Source of the DNA: Perna viridis
Taxonomy: Eukaryota
Length of the DNA: 64,000 nucleotides
Reading direction: 5' to 3'
Assembly: GCA_037379345.1 (NCBI GenBank)
Contig: CM074520.1
Span: 38,350,664-38,414,663, forward strand
Each line of letters opens with the position of its first letter. Positions within the stretch are counted from its first letter, which is position 1. The position numbers were made by a program, and so were the translations under genes. The notes below the pieces were generated by a model. That model did not search any database, was not told where the DNA came from, and saw nothing but the letters and a program-made list of their open reading frames with translations. This document shows positions 29,233 to 42,370 of this stretch, one piece after another.

Positions 29233-29961
29233 TATAAGCCTAGTTTTATACTTATCTTAAAGCATTTTAATAATGGTTGTATTTGTTGTTAACACAATTT
29301 ATTATAATCCTGGAAACTGATATGAGCGTTTGTGTATAGTGCGTTTGGCGAGCGTTTATAATATGTTTAGGGGTCGTGCACTTAGGACACCTAAGGATAT
29401 CACGACATGTAGATTGCATATTTGAAGCATTTCGTCTTTTACTCTAAGGTTAAGCTACGTTTCGTTTTAAAAGTTAAAATAAGCATAAGATCAGATATAA
29501 AACATAACTGATATCGTGTGAGGACATACAAGCTTACAAAGACTGGATACTATCAACAATGTGATACGCACAGACAGTTTGAAAAATAGATCCTTTAAAT
29601 GTAAATGAGTAAAAACTGTTGCCCAATATGTTCAATCAGATCAATATGAACTTAGCTTAATTTTATATGAATTTTGAAATATGAATATTTGACGATAATT
29701 ACATGTTAACGCTTAAGTACCTTTTTTAAAGAAATTCAATTGTGTTATTGTCATTTACCCCTATCCAGTGTCGTATTGCACGCATCGTATAAATTGTGCA
29801 TACAATTTGATTGGTTTTTTTTTTTGTTTTTCTTTTTTGTTGTTGTTGAGCATTCTCTGTTAGCATAAAGCACACAATTAAATAAGGTATCCAACAAAAA
29901 TGTTAAAATAATGACGACTGTTTGACTTGTTTTGCTGGTTGACAAAATATATGACAATTTC

Positions 29962-30400
29962 CTATTAATAATACACGCAACATGGACACTCCTATGAATA
30001 ACACACTCAACATGGACACTCCTTTTAACAATGTACTCAACATGGACACTCATTTTAATAATACACTCAGCGATGAAACCCCTCTTAATAATACACCCAC
30101 CGAGGACACTCCTATTAACAATATACACAACGTGGACACTGTTTTTAATAATGCACTCAACGAGGACACACTTGTTAATAACACACTGAACGAGGACACA
30201 CTTGTTCATAATACACTGACCGCGGACACTCCTATTAATAATGCACACAGCATTGAAACCTCTACTAACAATACACTGAACGAGGACACCGTATTAATAA
30301 TAAACTCAATGAGGACACCCATCTTAATAATATACTCAACGTGGACACTCCTATGGGGAATACACTCAACGAGGACACCCTTGTTAATAATACATTGAAC
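29962..30400. repeat. 30-bp minisatellite (AATAATACACTCAACGAGGACACTCCTATT-like), about 14 units
   Basis: Visible tandem units. They produce the NNTLNEDTPI-type repeat ORF 29982-30398 and antisense ORFs. Confidence 0.95.
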
Positions 30401-30719
30401 GACGTTGCTAGTTATATGATTATTTTCCAAGTAAATAAAGGAATTTTGTTGCATCTATATACAGCAGTATATGTATGTTATTGACTGCATATGCTGTGGT
30501 TTGTTGTATCGTGACTTTTTATAACGTGTGTGACTTAAGACAACCATATCTGCCATAAATGTATGCGCTATTATTATAGCTAAATACAAATCAATAAAAG
30601 TATTATGGAAGTTGTTATACACCCTAATTTTTAAACTGTTTAGTTAAAGATTGTGTAACCATAAATAAGTTTACACACATTCTTACGTAATACAATGATT
30701 TTATGCTGAAGTTTTGTTC

Positions 30720-31600
30720 TACTTGGTGTTACGTTCAAATTTTAACGGTAATTCTATAAATATAAAAATATAAAATATAATAAGAAAATTTAGACAGAAA
30801 CTTTTAGTTTGAAAAATTAAGATACCTGTAAGAATTATATTCGCCGTATCATTGCCAAATATATCAATTGTGTTTTTATTGGCTCCAAAAATGAATCCTT
30901 CAAACAAATTAACTTTGCAGTTGCACAAAACCATTGTTTTTCTTAGACATTTTCAATGTGTTTAATAAATTCTGTTGGACGTGTCTTAACTGATATTTTT
31001 TATATTCATTATATCTAAAAGGCATACAATTTTCACCCAATAGATGATTCGAAATTGCATCTTTTGAAGACTGACTCAAATGCTAAGAAAGTGTAGCAAG
31101 GATGTACAAGTTTTAAATGGGGAATACTAAAAATAAGAATATAAGGATCATTTAATATGCAAGACATGTTACTGAAATTTCCTACAGACTCCCTGCTCAA
31201 CTCATATCCAGGTTTTCGTTTGTTTTTATTACTTTCGATAATCTGTATTTTGTTTTTGCATCAGTTGCCATCAACATCTCTATAAAGTGATGTTTCTAGT
31301 AGTTTCGAACCAACGGAATGCAATAATTTATGCAATAGCACTAATGAGTGAAAATGATTTAATTTAACAGGGTCGTAAAACTATTAACTGGTTATGTTTC
31401 CGTATTTTTAGTTGAATCTTTACGATCTAAGTCAAATGCATTATTCATATTCTGATGTAAATATCTCATTCATAAATGATGCCTTGTTTCATGTAAAATT
31501 ATAATCGTTAGATTATTTTCACAGAATAGGAGTCTTTTTGATACTTTGTTTCTACATATACTGCTTACTTCTGTAGACATTATGTTGAGAAGATGACATA
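30720..31600 (-). mobile_element. Tx1/L1 LINE C-terminal region fused by deletion to an endonuclease remnant
   Basis: ORF 30719-30934 (FIFG..ANIILTG..IFQTK) resembles the ORF2 C-terminus. 31370-31600 is paralogous to 2400-2950. Paralog at 45330-46072. Confidence 0.55.
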
Positions 31601-34600
31601 TATCGTAACGTTTTTGTTCTCCCATTATTATGTTATGGCAATTGTTATACATTGACAATTTGCAACATAAATGTAAGCAAACCGTAGACAGAAATTCGAG
31701 AAACGTTAAATATATAACACTAATAATCAGCGATTTCTAACTTTTATACAAATAGACACTCGCAAGATTAAAGATTGAGTCTGAGTTAACATTCTCTCTC
31801 CCTACTCGTTTAAAATATAGTATACATATCCCAGCTATTAATTTAGAAAACTAAATGTATTTTGTCATATTAGAGCGATTATAATTCATAGTTAAATAAT
31901 ATCACAATCTGCTACAGGTTTACCATAGTAATGTATGTGTTTGACGTTGATGGATTTTTTTAAAAGTGACAAGCATTTTTGTGGTACTTCATCATTAACA
32001 ACAGTGCGTTTCTTAATTATACAATCGTTATTTATAGATATTTTATGTTTGATTAAAAGAAAATAAAAAAGAAAAAAATGAATTTGACGACAATTGAAAT
32101 ACTTGTTTATATAACAATTTGTTTAAAATCGATATTTGATTATGCAGAACTGCAATGAACTATAGCATGATTAACATTATACTTAATTACATCCTTACTT
32201 CTTCGCAAATCATAGTGAATTAATACCACTTCCCTTACAAATATATCAAACAAAGACCGATGGCGTTCTACGATTTCCGTTAATTATATATACAGATTGT
32301 ATTCAGTTACCTCTTTTCACAATAGTAAGACGTTAGATGAATACATTGGGTTATTTAGCCCGTATTGATCAAGTCTATGTCAAAAGAACTATAAACCCAC
32401 AGAACAATTAATATAATGCGTAGAAAATCAAAAGGGAATGCTATGAGTTTAAACATTTATATCAAAAAATTGTCAGCTTCGAAAAAGATAGAAAGATAAA
32501 TCTCAACACCGTAGTATGTAAATTACATATAGTTTTAGTATTATATGATAGAAATCAAATCACGGATAAATCTTACACGTTTTGATATGGCGTTAATGTT
32601 TGATAATGTCATTATTATGAGTGACAACTTTTGCCCAATATCTTCAATCAGATCAATATTAACTTAGCTTAATTACAATTAATTGAGATATATGAACTTT
32701 GAAATGTGAAAACTTTGACGATGGTTAACGTTTTAGTACTATAGTACTTTTGTGTTCAAGTAAAACAATCGTATCATTATGCTTAACGACTGTCCAATGT
32801 TGTATTGCATGCGTCGTGGAAATATGTTGTACATGCAATGTGATTGCGTTTTTGTTGTTGAGCATTCTGTGTTAGCATAAACCACGTGGTTTTAATTAAC
32901 CAACAGTATAACGTTTTACCAGTCAATATCATAATGCGATAAACCCCGGTTACGAATTTAGAGTAACATTCCCTTATTTAAACGCATTCATGATCAAGCA
33001 GTTTTAAATGTCATTATGCAGAAACAAGACTTGCAGGACTTTCAAAAAAAAATCGAGGATATGGTTCCTCAATGAAATACACATAATAGTTGTCAATAAC
33101 GTTTATTGTCTTAGTCAATACTGCTCTTCTGTGCGCAGTCTAAATATGACGACATTGTCCAGTTTATTGACAACTATTATATAAGTATGTTTGACTATAC
33201 AAAGGAACCGAAAATGGACTATTTAACATTTGGCTGCTTTAAGATAGCATTAACTGGTGTGCTTTAAACAACTATAGCTTTATGGACTGAAAACACAGTG
33301 AAAATAAGGTAATGGTTCAACAAGGATTTTAAGAACATTTTAAAAGGCAATAATAAAATAACAATAAGTGTACAGAAACTACAGTATGTTCCTTTTTATA
33401 TGTAAGATGATGTCTTATTAATTCATATTAACCAGTTATTAAATATATTCAAAGGAAAATAAACAACTATAAACAATACTTACTCAGATACGGATTAGTC
33501 GATTATGGTTAGAAGATTATCTTACTAGATAAAAATGTAAAACTTTTTAACTGGTATCTTACATTCGTTATTTTCATGGGAAATGTCACTAAACCATTTG
33601 CATCTGCTTCCGGTTTTGAATTGCAAGAAAACGAACATAAAATATCAATCTCTTTTTTATTTGTTTTTTAATTCCTAAATGACCTCCTTCACCATTTTAC
33701 ACCACAAAATAACTTAATTATCAAATGAAATGATTAATAATTATATTCATACTTCATCAATTTATAACTAATACTTATTTACTGGAATCTAAAACTTGGC
33801 ATCTTTAACCAGTAATATAATTCTGTCTCTCCATGCCTTTCTTCGTGATGCCGTGTAATGTAATCATGTTTGTGATGGAAAAAGTTATTTATAAACCGTA
33901 AACGTTTATCCTTTTCTTATAACTAATTACATAGCACTAAAATTAGCAAGTCAAGCAGTGATACACCTGATTTTTTTTAACAGAGGTTTCTGAAAACAAT
34001 TTTAACCAATTTCAGCCCATACAAGCATAATTGATTATAAGAAATAATCAAATGACTTTATTTCAAGCAAGCAGTAGTACCACTGCATTTTTTTCTGCAA
34101 TTATTTCTGAAGAAAAATAGCAAAACTTGATACAAATTTAAATGCTTATGAATCATAATTAACTGTATGACCAGTCAAGTTTCCGGAGACATTAAAATAT
34201 ATTTCTACCATTTTGAAATAAATTAAATAATGGGCTTGATCTAACCTTGCAACTTTCACACACGGGAATGGCTATCCACCATAATTTTGTTGTATTTCTT
34301 GTGAGTGGAAAAAAACTACATTTATATTCTATATTGAATAAACATTCATCTTGCAATAATCGGAGCATTGGTAGCTAGATCAGTTTAATTGCGTATATAC
34401 GACATCAAATGAACGTGAAATGTTGCAATTCATTTTTACCAATGTTTAAATTATATATGTAATCACATATTGCTAGTTCATCATTTATAACGACATTAAT
34501 GAGAAAAGGGATATTCTGTGCTGATTTGAATGTACACATTTTTCAGGAATAAAAATGTGTGCAGTCTAATCTTCGTTTGTTACGGATATACCTATAACTA

Positions 34601-37600
34601 ATTAACGGCCTTTTTTAAGGCACTTACGGCTTTAATATTCTACATTATCAAATGTAATTGTCACAGAAACGTGAAACCATTCACTCTATATTTGCATTTG
34701 ATTTACTGTTGATTGACCTCAAGTCCGTGCCGTTCTTTTTTTTATATTATGTATGTATTCGTGATATTTTTTTTAATTTACAAACTAGTTATTACATGTC
34801 AATTTCTTTTGGTTTTTGTTTAGGATTCTAATAACTCAGATATTATAAATTGGTGTATTAAACTGTTATGATATTGATATTGATACTGCTAAATTTTATA
34901 TGACGTGAAAGTCGTACTTACATAATAAAGGGAAATACAAAATGTTGAAAATGATTCCCATTTTTATTTCATCTTGCAGTATCATGTTTGATACATTTTT
35001 AATATAAACAGTACAGAAAATACATAGATATGTGTTAACTATCCAAAGTTGATAGTAATGCCTTTGCACAAGAAATTTTACTATAAGTAGTTTTATTTAT
35101 TTATTTATTTATTTACGTATATTTGATTCTATGAAAATTGATAATATTGCATTTTCTAAAACATATAATTGTTCACATAGCGGTGATATTGAAACAAGCG
35201 CCTGGCGACCTCAGATATGTTGAAATGAGACGGATACGTGTGAAAATATAGTTGCGATAGCAGAGTACGCTTAGTATGCAGCGACCTTACATTTGGTGTA
35301 AATTTGATATGTTTAAGAGATTGCATGTTTATACACGTACAATTTGAACTTTCTTAAGCATTTGTTTTATAAAGGTACACGAGTATATTTGAAGTAGATG
35401 AACAATATGCAAAAATGGAGGAATATATAATCTGACGATTTTAGTATATGTTAACTTTTTTGTTCCACTTGATGGAAAATATAATTAAAGGAATTTTTGT
35501 TTCAATTGAATAAATATTGTGATTTTCTAACTACAGTTCCGTTATATATTAATATATGTCATTGTTTCATACTGTATTTGAATTCGCTTACAATTTTGAT
35601 TAAAAACATAAATAAAAGAGTCAGCTATTTTGTGATAAATTTAGTGGTTTTAGAACTTATTGTTTTATATCGGATACTTCGATGAGCACTAACTATTGAC
35701 GTGTTTATAATGCTTTATTAAACTGAAGTGAATACTGTCTTCAAAGCATAATAAACATAATCCAAGGGACGATCAAGAATTAAAAAATGCGCGCAAGCAA
35801 ATACAAAATATACAAATCATATAGAGTACCCTTTCTCTACAAATATATATTATCATTATTGTTCCTATTAGTTTGTTTTGCATTTAATCTGACATAACAC
35901 AGTATATCAGTAAAACACCCCAATGACATACCCTATGTATTGCAGTTTGTCTTTTTTTTCCTCAAAAACTGAAAGTCATTAACTAAAACAAATCATAAAT
36001 CGATAAACGTGAGTCGTTGCTTTATTTATCAGTAGTAACTTGCGGTGAAATATCTGTCGTAATGTAATATTTTTTTTTATTTATTATTGTCCCTCTTGGA
36101 TAGTCTTTACAGTATATCAGTAAAACACCCCAATGACAATATGCGACTGAATACTACACACCGGTTTGACACAAAGAGCCATAATTTGGACTGACAAACA
36201 GTTTAACCAATTTGTGATAATTAACACTTTGGATCAGAAATGAGATGGAGTAGATGCAGTTTTAGTTTTTACTAAACTTTGAATCCTAATAATAGTTTGC
36301 GATATCCGACAAGTACATATTGCAGAACTGGCAAACGATTTTCAGATCGTGCATCTCGGTCTGATCACAAACAAAAACCACTATTATAAAATCATTTAAA
36401 ATATAAAGTAAAGTATCTCAAACAAATATTAAGAAAATATGTATATCAAATCTTTAAAAAACACAACTTTCATTAAGACCAGATTTTGGTATTAAATTTC
36501 TGATATTTATTTAGTCAAATGTAAATATCAGATCCTTTTGAAGCTGTCAAGTGAGTGAATGTATAATACATGTAGTTTTATTATAAAATTAAAGAAGAAA
36601 AATGAAACAAACTACTGCCCTCCTCCAAAATTTTCGATTGAAAATTCTTAATATTTGGAGACTTTAATTGGACAGTATAGACCGACAAGACCTCAAAGGA
36701 CTGTTTCTGAAGTAGGCATTTCCTTAAAATCTTGTTGTTATGCAACAACATCTTACTAATTTTTTTCCTGTAGAAAATATGAATCTTTTTTTAAATATAA
36801 ATAGTGTTATCTTTGATGAGACATTTCAAATCGGTGATTAATTTGAATTCATAGTTGACTTGTATTAAGCTGTTTACAAAGTAATATTTTATTAAATATC
36901 TAGCAATTTTCTTGTTTTTATCTATATCATATATGGATACATTTTATAAATAAATCGCCAATGGCGCACTAGAGGACCCGCTTCCTTCACGATTCGTTAT
37001 ATCCTGAATATTTCCACATAAGTGGCCAGCATTGTTTTATCCACTGCAAAATTTAAATAAACGATATACTTATATTATTATTGTATCTTAATCATCTTAT
37101 TAAAAAAACAAACAAACAAACAAACAAAAGAACAAATTAAAAAACCAAAAAAAAGCAACACAAAATAAATAAATAAATAAATAAACTAGATTTAGAAATC
37201 AAAGGTACTATTTTGCTACCTTTCAAAGTCATATAATGAGCCGACACGAAAATATGTGTTGTTACATACATGCATTGTATTTATGGCCTTGATCTTGTTT
37301 TACAACGAAATATATTTGTTAACTTGTTTTTGTTTGTTTTTTGTGTTTCTTTCTGTGTTTGCTTTGTACTTGTAGATATATTATGTCTCAGTATAAACAT
37401 TTTCACCACTTGATGTCAATTTTTATTAATGTTTTATTGAATAGATATTGATACAAAGGATATAGTGAACTGATCCCTTTACGTTACATACCACTAATTC
37501 TACCAATGAGGTTTTAGAACGTACTTCAATATAGTCCTACACTAGCTTAAGTGCACTAGTGATATTTTGCTGTGGAAAAAATGAACATGAGATCAATACA

Positions 37601-39012
37601 CGTGAGCTTGTGTTTTGCAGGAATTATATTTATTTCATTTCTACATAAAATGGTCACTGCAACTTACTGAATTAAATATTTTGTATGAGTACTGCATGAA
37701 GACCCTTTTTTATGAAATGGAAGGGATTTCCCATGCCATTTTTTAATCATTGTCTTCTAGGAGTCAGTGTCAAAATGCAAGGTAGTAAACACCACTTAAT
37801 ATTTTCAGGGCTTTTAGTGTAAACATGCAGATTTTAGGTGTTATATAGTCTTCCTCGGGTTAAACGTAAGGTAAAAGAACCATAACACATTGAACTTGGT
37901 GAATTGGCATTGGAGCCTACGAAAAGCGACATTAGTGGTTTGTAGCCTAAAAGTAATTTTTACTGCTTTGTATTCAAAGAAAGATTCTGTCACTTTTTGT
38001 TGAGAAATTGTAAAGTGAACCTTTCTCTTATTATTAATTACAATTTAATATTAGTATCAAGCATCCGGAGGTACACCTACATTTTGTTGCATTGTACGCT
38101 GAAGGCAATTAGAGAAATCTTTATATAATAGTTCATTTCATCATACCTAGTAAAAATTATGTTTATTGACCAATATATAACAATGATTATTCATCAAACC
38201 TTTGTATCCATTTTCTTTTGTTTACTAGTAATTCATATATCTAGATAACAAAATCTTTTAAAATTTAGTGTTTTAATACTTGTAAAGTGTTTATACTTCA
38301 TCGATATTGTCTAAAAATATTCTAGAGTATTTTGAAGATGTTCAAAAAATTATTTAACAACGTATTTTAACAATTCTTATCACGATAAAAATTTCATAAA
38401 CACTAAAAGCGATTGACCATCAAGTAATGTATGCTACTTAAAATAAGCAGACTCCAATGATTCACAAAATACGAAGTGTCCGATACCCTTACAGGCTTTA
38501 AGTTGGCTAACACCAAATATATACATAATTCTCTATGAATTACTCCCTTCACCAGCTGCAATGATGTTGATAAATATTAGCGCCTTTATGAGGTAACGAA
38601 TGTGTTAATGTGTTCAGTGTTCCACAACAGTTTACACAGGATCATATTTTACTCTCCCTTTTCATATCGATACAGTCAAATATATTTTATTTTGACAGAG
38701 AGTACTTCATCAATTTATAAATAATACTGATTTACCGAAGTATGAATACTTTGCATTTATATAGAGTAATATGTTCTTGTCTCTTCATGTTGTTGGTGAT
38801 ACCGAGATGTGGAATAACGATTATCGTGGAAAACTTACAAATATATCGGAAACGTTAATCCTTCTCTTATAACTAAACACAAAGTATTACACGTAACAAG
38901 TAAAGTAGTGATACAAATACATTTTTTTCTGCAGATTTTTCTGGGACAAATTTTAACAACTTTCAGGCCATTGACTATAATCAAAATCAAACGACTTTAT
39001 TTCAAGCAAGTA

Positions 39013-39455
39013 GTAGTACAGCTATAGTACCGCTATAGTACAGCTATAGTACCGCTATAGTGCAGCTATAGTACCACTATAGTACCGCCATAGTACCGCT
39101 GTAGTACCGCTATAGTACAGCTATAGTACCGCCATAGTACAGCTATAGTACCGCTATAGTACAGCTATAGTACCGCTATAGTACCACTATAGTACCGCTG
39201 TAGTACCGTCATAGTACCACTATAGTACCGCTATAGTACCTCTATAGTACCACTATACTACCACTATAGTACAGCTATAGTACAGCTATAGTACCGCTAT
39301 AGTACAGCTATAGTACAGCTATAGTACCACTATAGTACCGCTATAGTATCGCGATAGTACCGCTATAGTACCGCTATAGTACAGCAATAGTACCACTATA
39401 GTACCGCTATAGTACCACTATTATACCGCTATAGTACCGCTATAGTACCGCTATA
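39013..39455. repeat. 11-bp minisatellite (TAGTACCGCTA)n, about 40 units
   Basis: Visible tandem array with the same flanks as 13124-13817. Confidence 0.98.
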
Positions 39456-40112
39456 TTTTTTGCAAATATTTCTGAAAAAAATACACAAAGTTTAGTGCAG
39501 AGAAAGCATAATTAATTGTATGAAAAATCAAATGGCCGAGACTTTGAAGTATATTTCGACCATTTTCTATCAATTAAAAATTTTCCTTCATCAAAACTTG
39601 CAACGTTAACACATGGATTTGGTTATCTACCTTCATATGAATCATTTATTGCCATTTGAAACAATTGCATTGATATTCATAATATTGAGTAAACATTTAT
39701 CTTGTAAAAGTCGGAGCATTGTTAGCTAGATCAGTTTAACTGCCTATATACGACATCAAATATTCATGAAATTTGCAATTCATTTTAACTAATGTCTAAA
39801 ATATATATGTAATCACATATTTCAAGTCCATCCTCCATAATGACACTAATGAGAAAAGAGGTTTTCTATGTTGCTTTGAATATGAACATTTTTAGCAATG
39901 AACCGTACTGCAGTCTGGTCTTCCTCTGTTACGCATCTTGCTATAACCGATTGACAGCGTATTTTAAGGCAATTACGCGTTCCATATTTTACAAGCTGTT
40001 AATACCACAGAAACGTGAAACCATGCACTCTACATTCGCATTTAATTTACTGTTGATTTCAAGAAAGTGTGTTTTTTTTTCTTTTTTTTTTGTTTTTGTT
40101 TTGAACAAAAGA

Positions 40113-40311
40113 CAAGAACAATATATTTGTATCTAGGTGTACCATCTTTTTCTTTTTCTTTTTTTTTTTGAAAAAAACGACGATGTATAATGTTTTCAAG
40201 TCGGAATTTTAACTGAGTATGGGCAATAGAAGTAAACCGTGTTGAAAAATCATAGGTTTTAATGATTTATATTCTGATAATAGTCTTGAACTGATTGTCT
40301 CCACAAGATCT
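40113..40311 (-). mobile_element. Internal Penelope-like RT fragment (duplicate of 14473-14651)
   Basis: Near-identical sequence and the same upstream flank. Confidence 0.85.
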
Positions 40312-41499
40312 TTAAAAAAACATTTAACAATGTACAATGACTAACACAAAATATGTATTCATAATTCTATATAAAATTACTCCCTTGACAAGCTGCAATG
40401 ATGTCAGTATATTAAAATGAGTTAACCGTTATCCAATTTGTCTATATTGAACGTGCTATAGAGTCATTAATAACGTGCTATTTATCCATTGATAAATGGA
40501 TCGATTGGTGTTTACCAAAGTTTATATATGAACAAAATGGTAAAATAGTTTTAATGGAATATTGATAGATATCAGCTTCTTTATGAGGTTACGAAATAGT
40601 TCAATATTCCACAACACGTTATGCAAAATCATACTTTAGTTCGTAGTACATCTGTTCTTAACGTTATTCTCTTAGCAGTAATACGGCTATTTTTTTTTAA
40701 ATTTTATTCTCTATTTTTTCCGACGCAGTCGGTATAGCTTCGCTTGTTTACTCTTTGACCTTAAGGACGCTCTTCTATAGAAACGCAAGTCACCTGATCG
40801 CAGTTCTTATTTCCGATTGGCCAAATACTGATAACTTAGTGGCGTTCAAAAACTCTGTATTGAAACTTTGGATTGGCGTTGGGAAAAAACTTTATTGGAA
40901 CCTTAAAAAGTGCGTGGCATGTGTTATTTTGTTAAAAGAAATGTAGAATTTTAGAAGTAAAAAAGAGCATAATTGTACAGCGTCGGCTATCTTTTTTTAA
41001 AGATAGTGCTTGTTTTTACATATATTCATAATTGTGAACAATTACCCCATGAAATGGTGATTATTGATTAGACAATATGATAAAAAATATTGTATAAGAA
41101 TCTGATTAAAAATGATGTAATTCAAAGCTTTAAACTTTCCATACTCAGTGTTATGTTTTTTTGTGCTTTTAGAATATCAATTTATTTATCTATCAGACTT
41201 GATTTGTAATAATATAATGAAACCTGTAATACGGAATATATGGCCCTTTAGTTTTTATCATTTATTATATATATGTTATTACTAGATGTTTCAATGGAAT
41301 TTCTCTATCGTGATAAATAATATTATATATTTTATCAAAATAAATTTACTGACCAGCAATTTATGCAGGTTTTCTGTTGTTGGTAATCTATGGCTGATTA
41401 ATTTCCCCCGTACATTGCACTTTATGCTGTGTATAAAAGTAAAACTATTATCTAGTTCAAAATAACCAAACTTAAATTCCCTTTTCCAATTTTTGACAT

Positions 41500-42370
41500 C
41501 AATATTTTTAGCTTTTTTTTTTTTTGTTTTTGTTTTTTTATTAGGTATTTATATAATAAAATTGTCTTGTTTTATTCCGTTTCTAAGAACGTTTTCACTT
41601 TTATTGGCTTATGTTTTTCTTGGCTCCTCGTTCTTTTTAAAGACGGTCACCACAACTTTGTTTTACCCTCCTTAACAGTTTAAATTTCCTACATTCATTT
41701 TCGATAACCTTTCAATTTACCTAATATATATATAAGGTTTGTTTGTTTGTTTTTATTTTAATATGTAATTTACTTGTTGGACAACATCAATTGTCTATTA
41801 CTTCCTTAAATTTTGTTTGTTTTTTAAGGTTAAGACCAGTTATTTTAGCCAATTTTTAATTATATCGGTACAGAAATCTGGGATTATCTTTTTAGTTCAA
41901 TTCTATTTCAGTAATTCTTGATGTCTTGTTGAACCCTTCTTCACTATATCTGTATGCAATGGCTTGTCTTTTAATTCGTTCAATTTTGCTATTCATTTTT
42001 TTTAGGAAATTTCCCTTTCTAAATTGTTTAGTAAATTATCTGAAATTATACTAACGTTCGCTAAATAGGAAAATTGTGCTAAAAGCAACGTTTCAACTAT
42101 TAATATGTATTAATATGTTACTAATTATTGGATTATTATGGATTCTTTTCTCTATGATTTGAGTAGGATGTTTGGCTTTTTCATTTTTTTTCCATAAAAT
42201 TAGTCGGTCGCATTTATATTCATCATTTCCGAAATTCTTCCCTCAAACCTTCACGGGATTTTCCGTGAATCTGATGTCATTAACGTCGTCTTTGCAGAAA
42301 AAGTTATCGGGCGATATTTATGATCAACTATTTGGCGTTATTTTTGTATTTCTTTTTGTCTATCCGAGAT
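41500..42370 (-). mobile_element. Tx1/L1 LINE post-RT region
   Basis: 41990-42300 is homologous to 18340-18620 and continues as NNLEREI..KIERIKRQAI..EG, resembling the post-RT K.ERIKR....GGL segment. Confidence 0.6.

Larger units (their letters stand above)
35390..42370 (+). repeat. Youngest large duplicate, copy 2, with internal deletions
   Basis: Matches 4210-18620. The junction at ~38650 joins the equivalents of 7868 and 12759. Confidence 0.92.
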
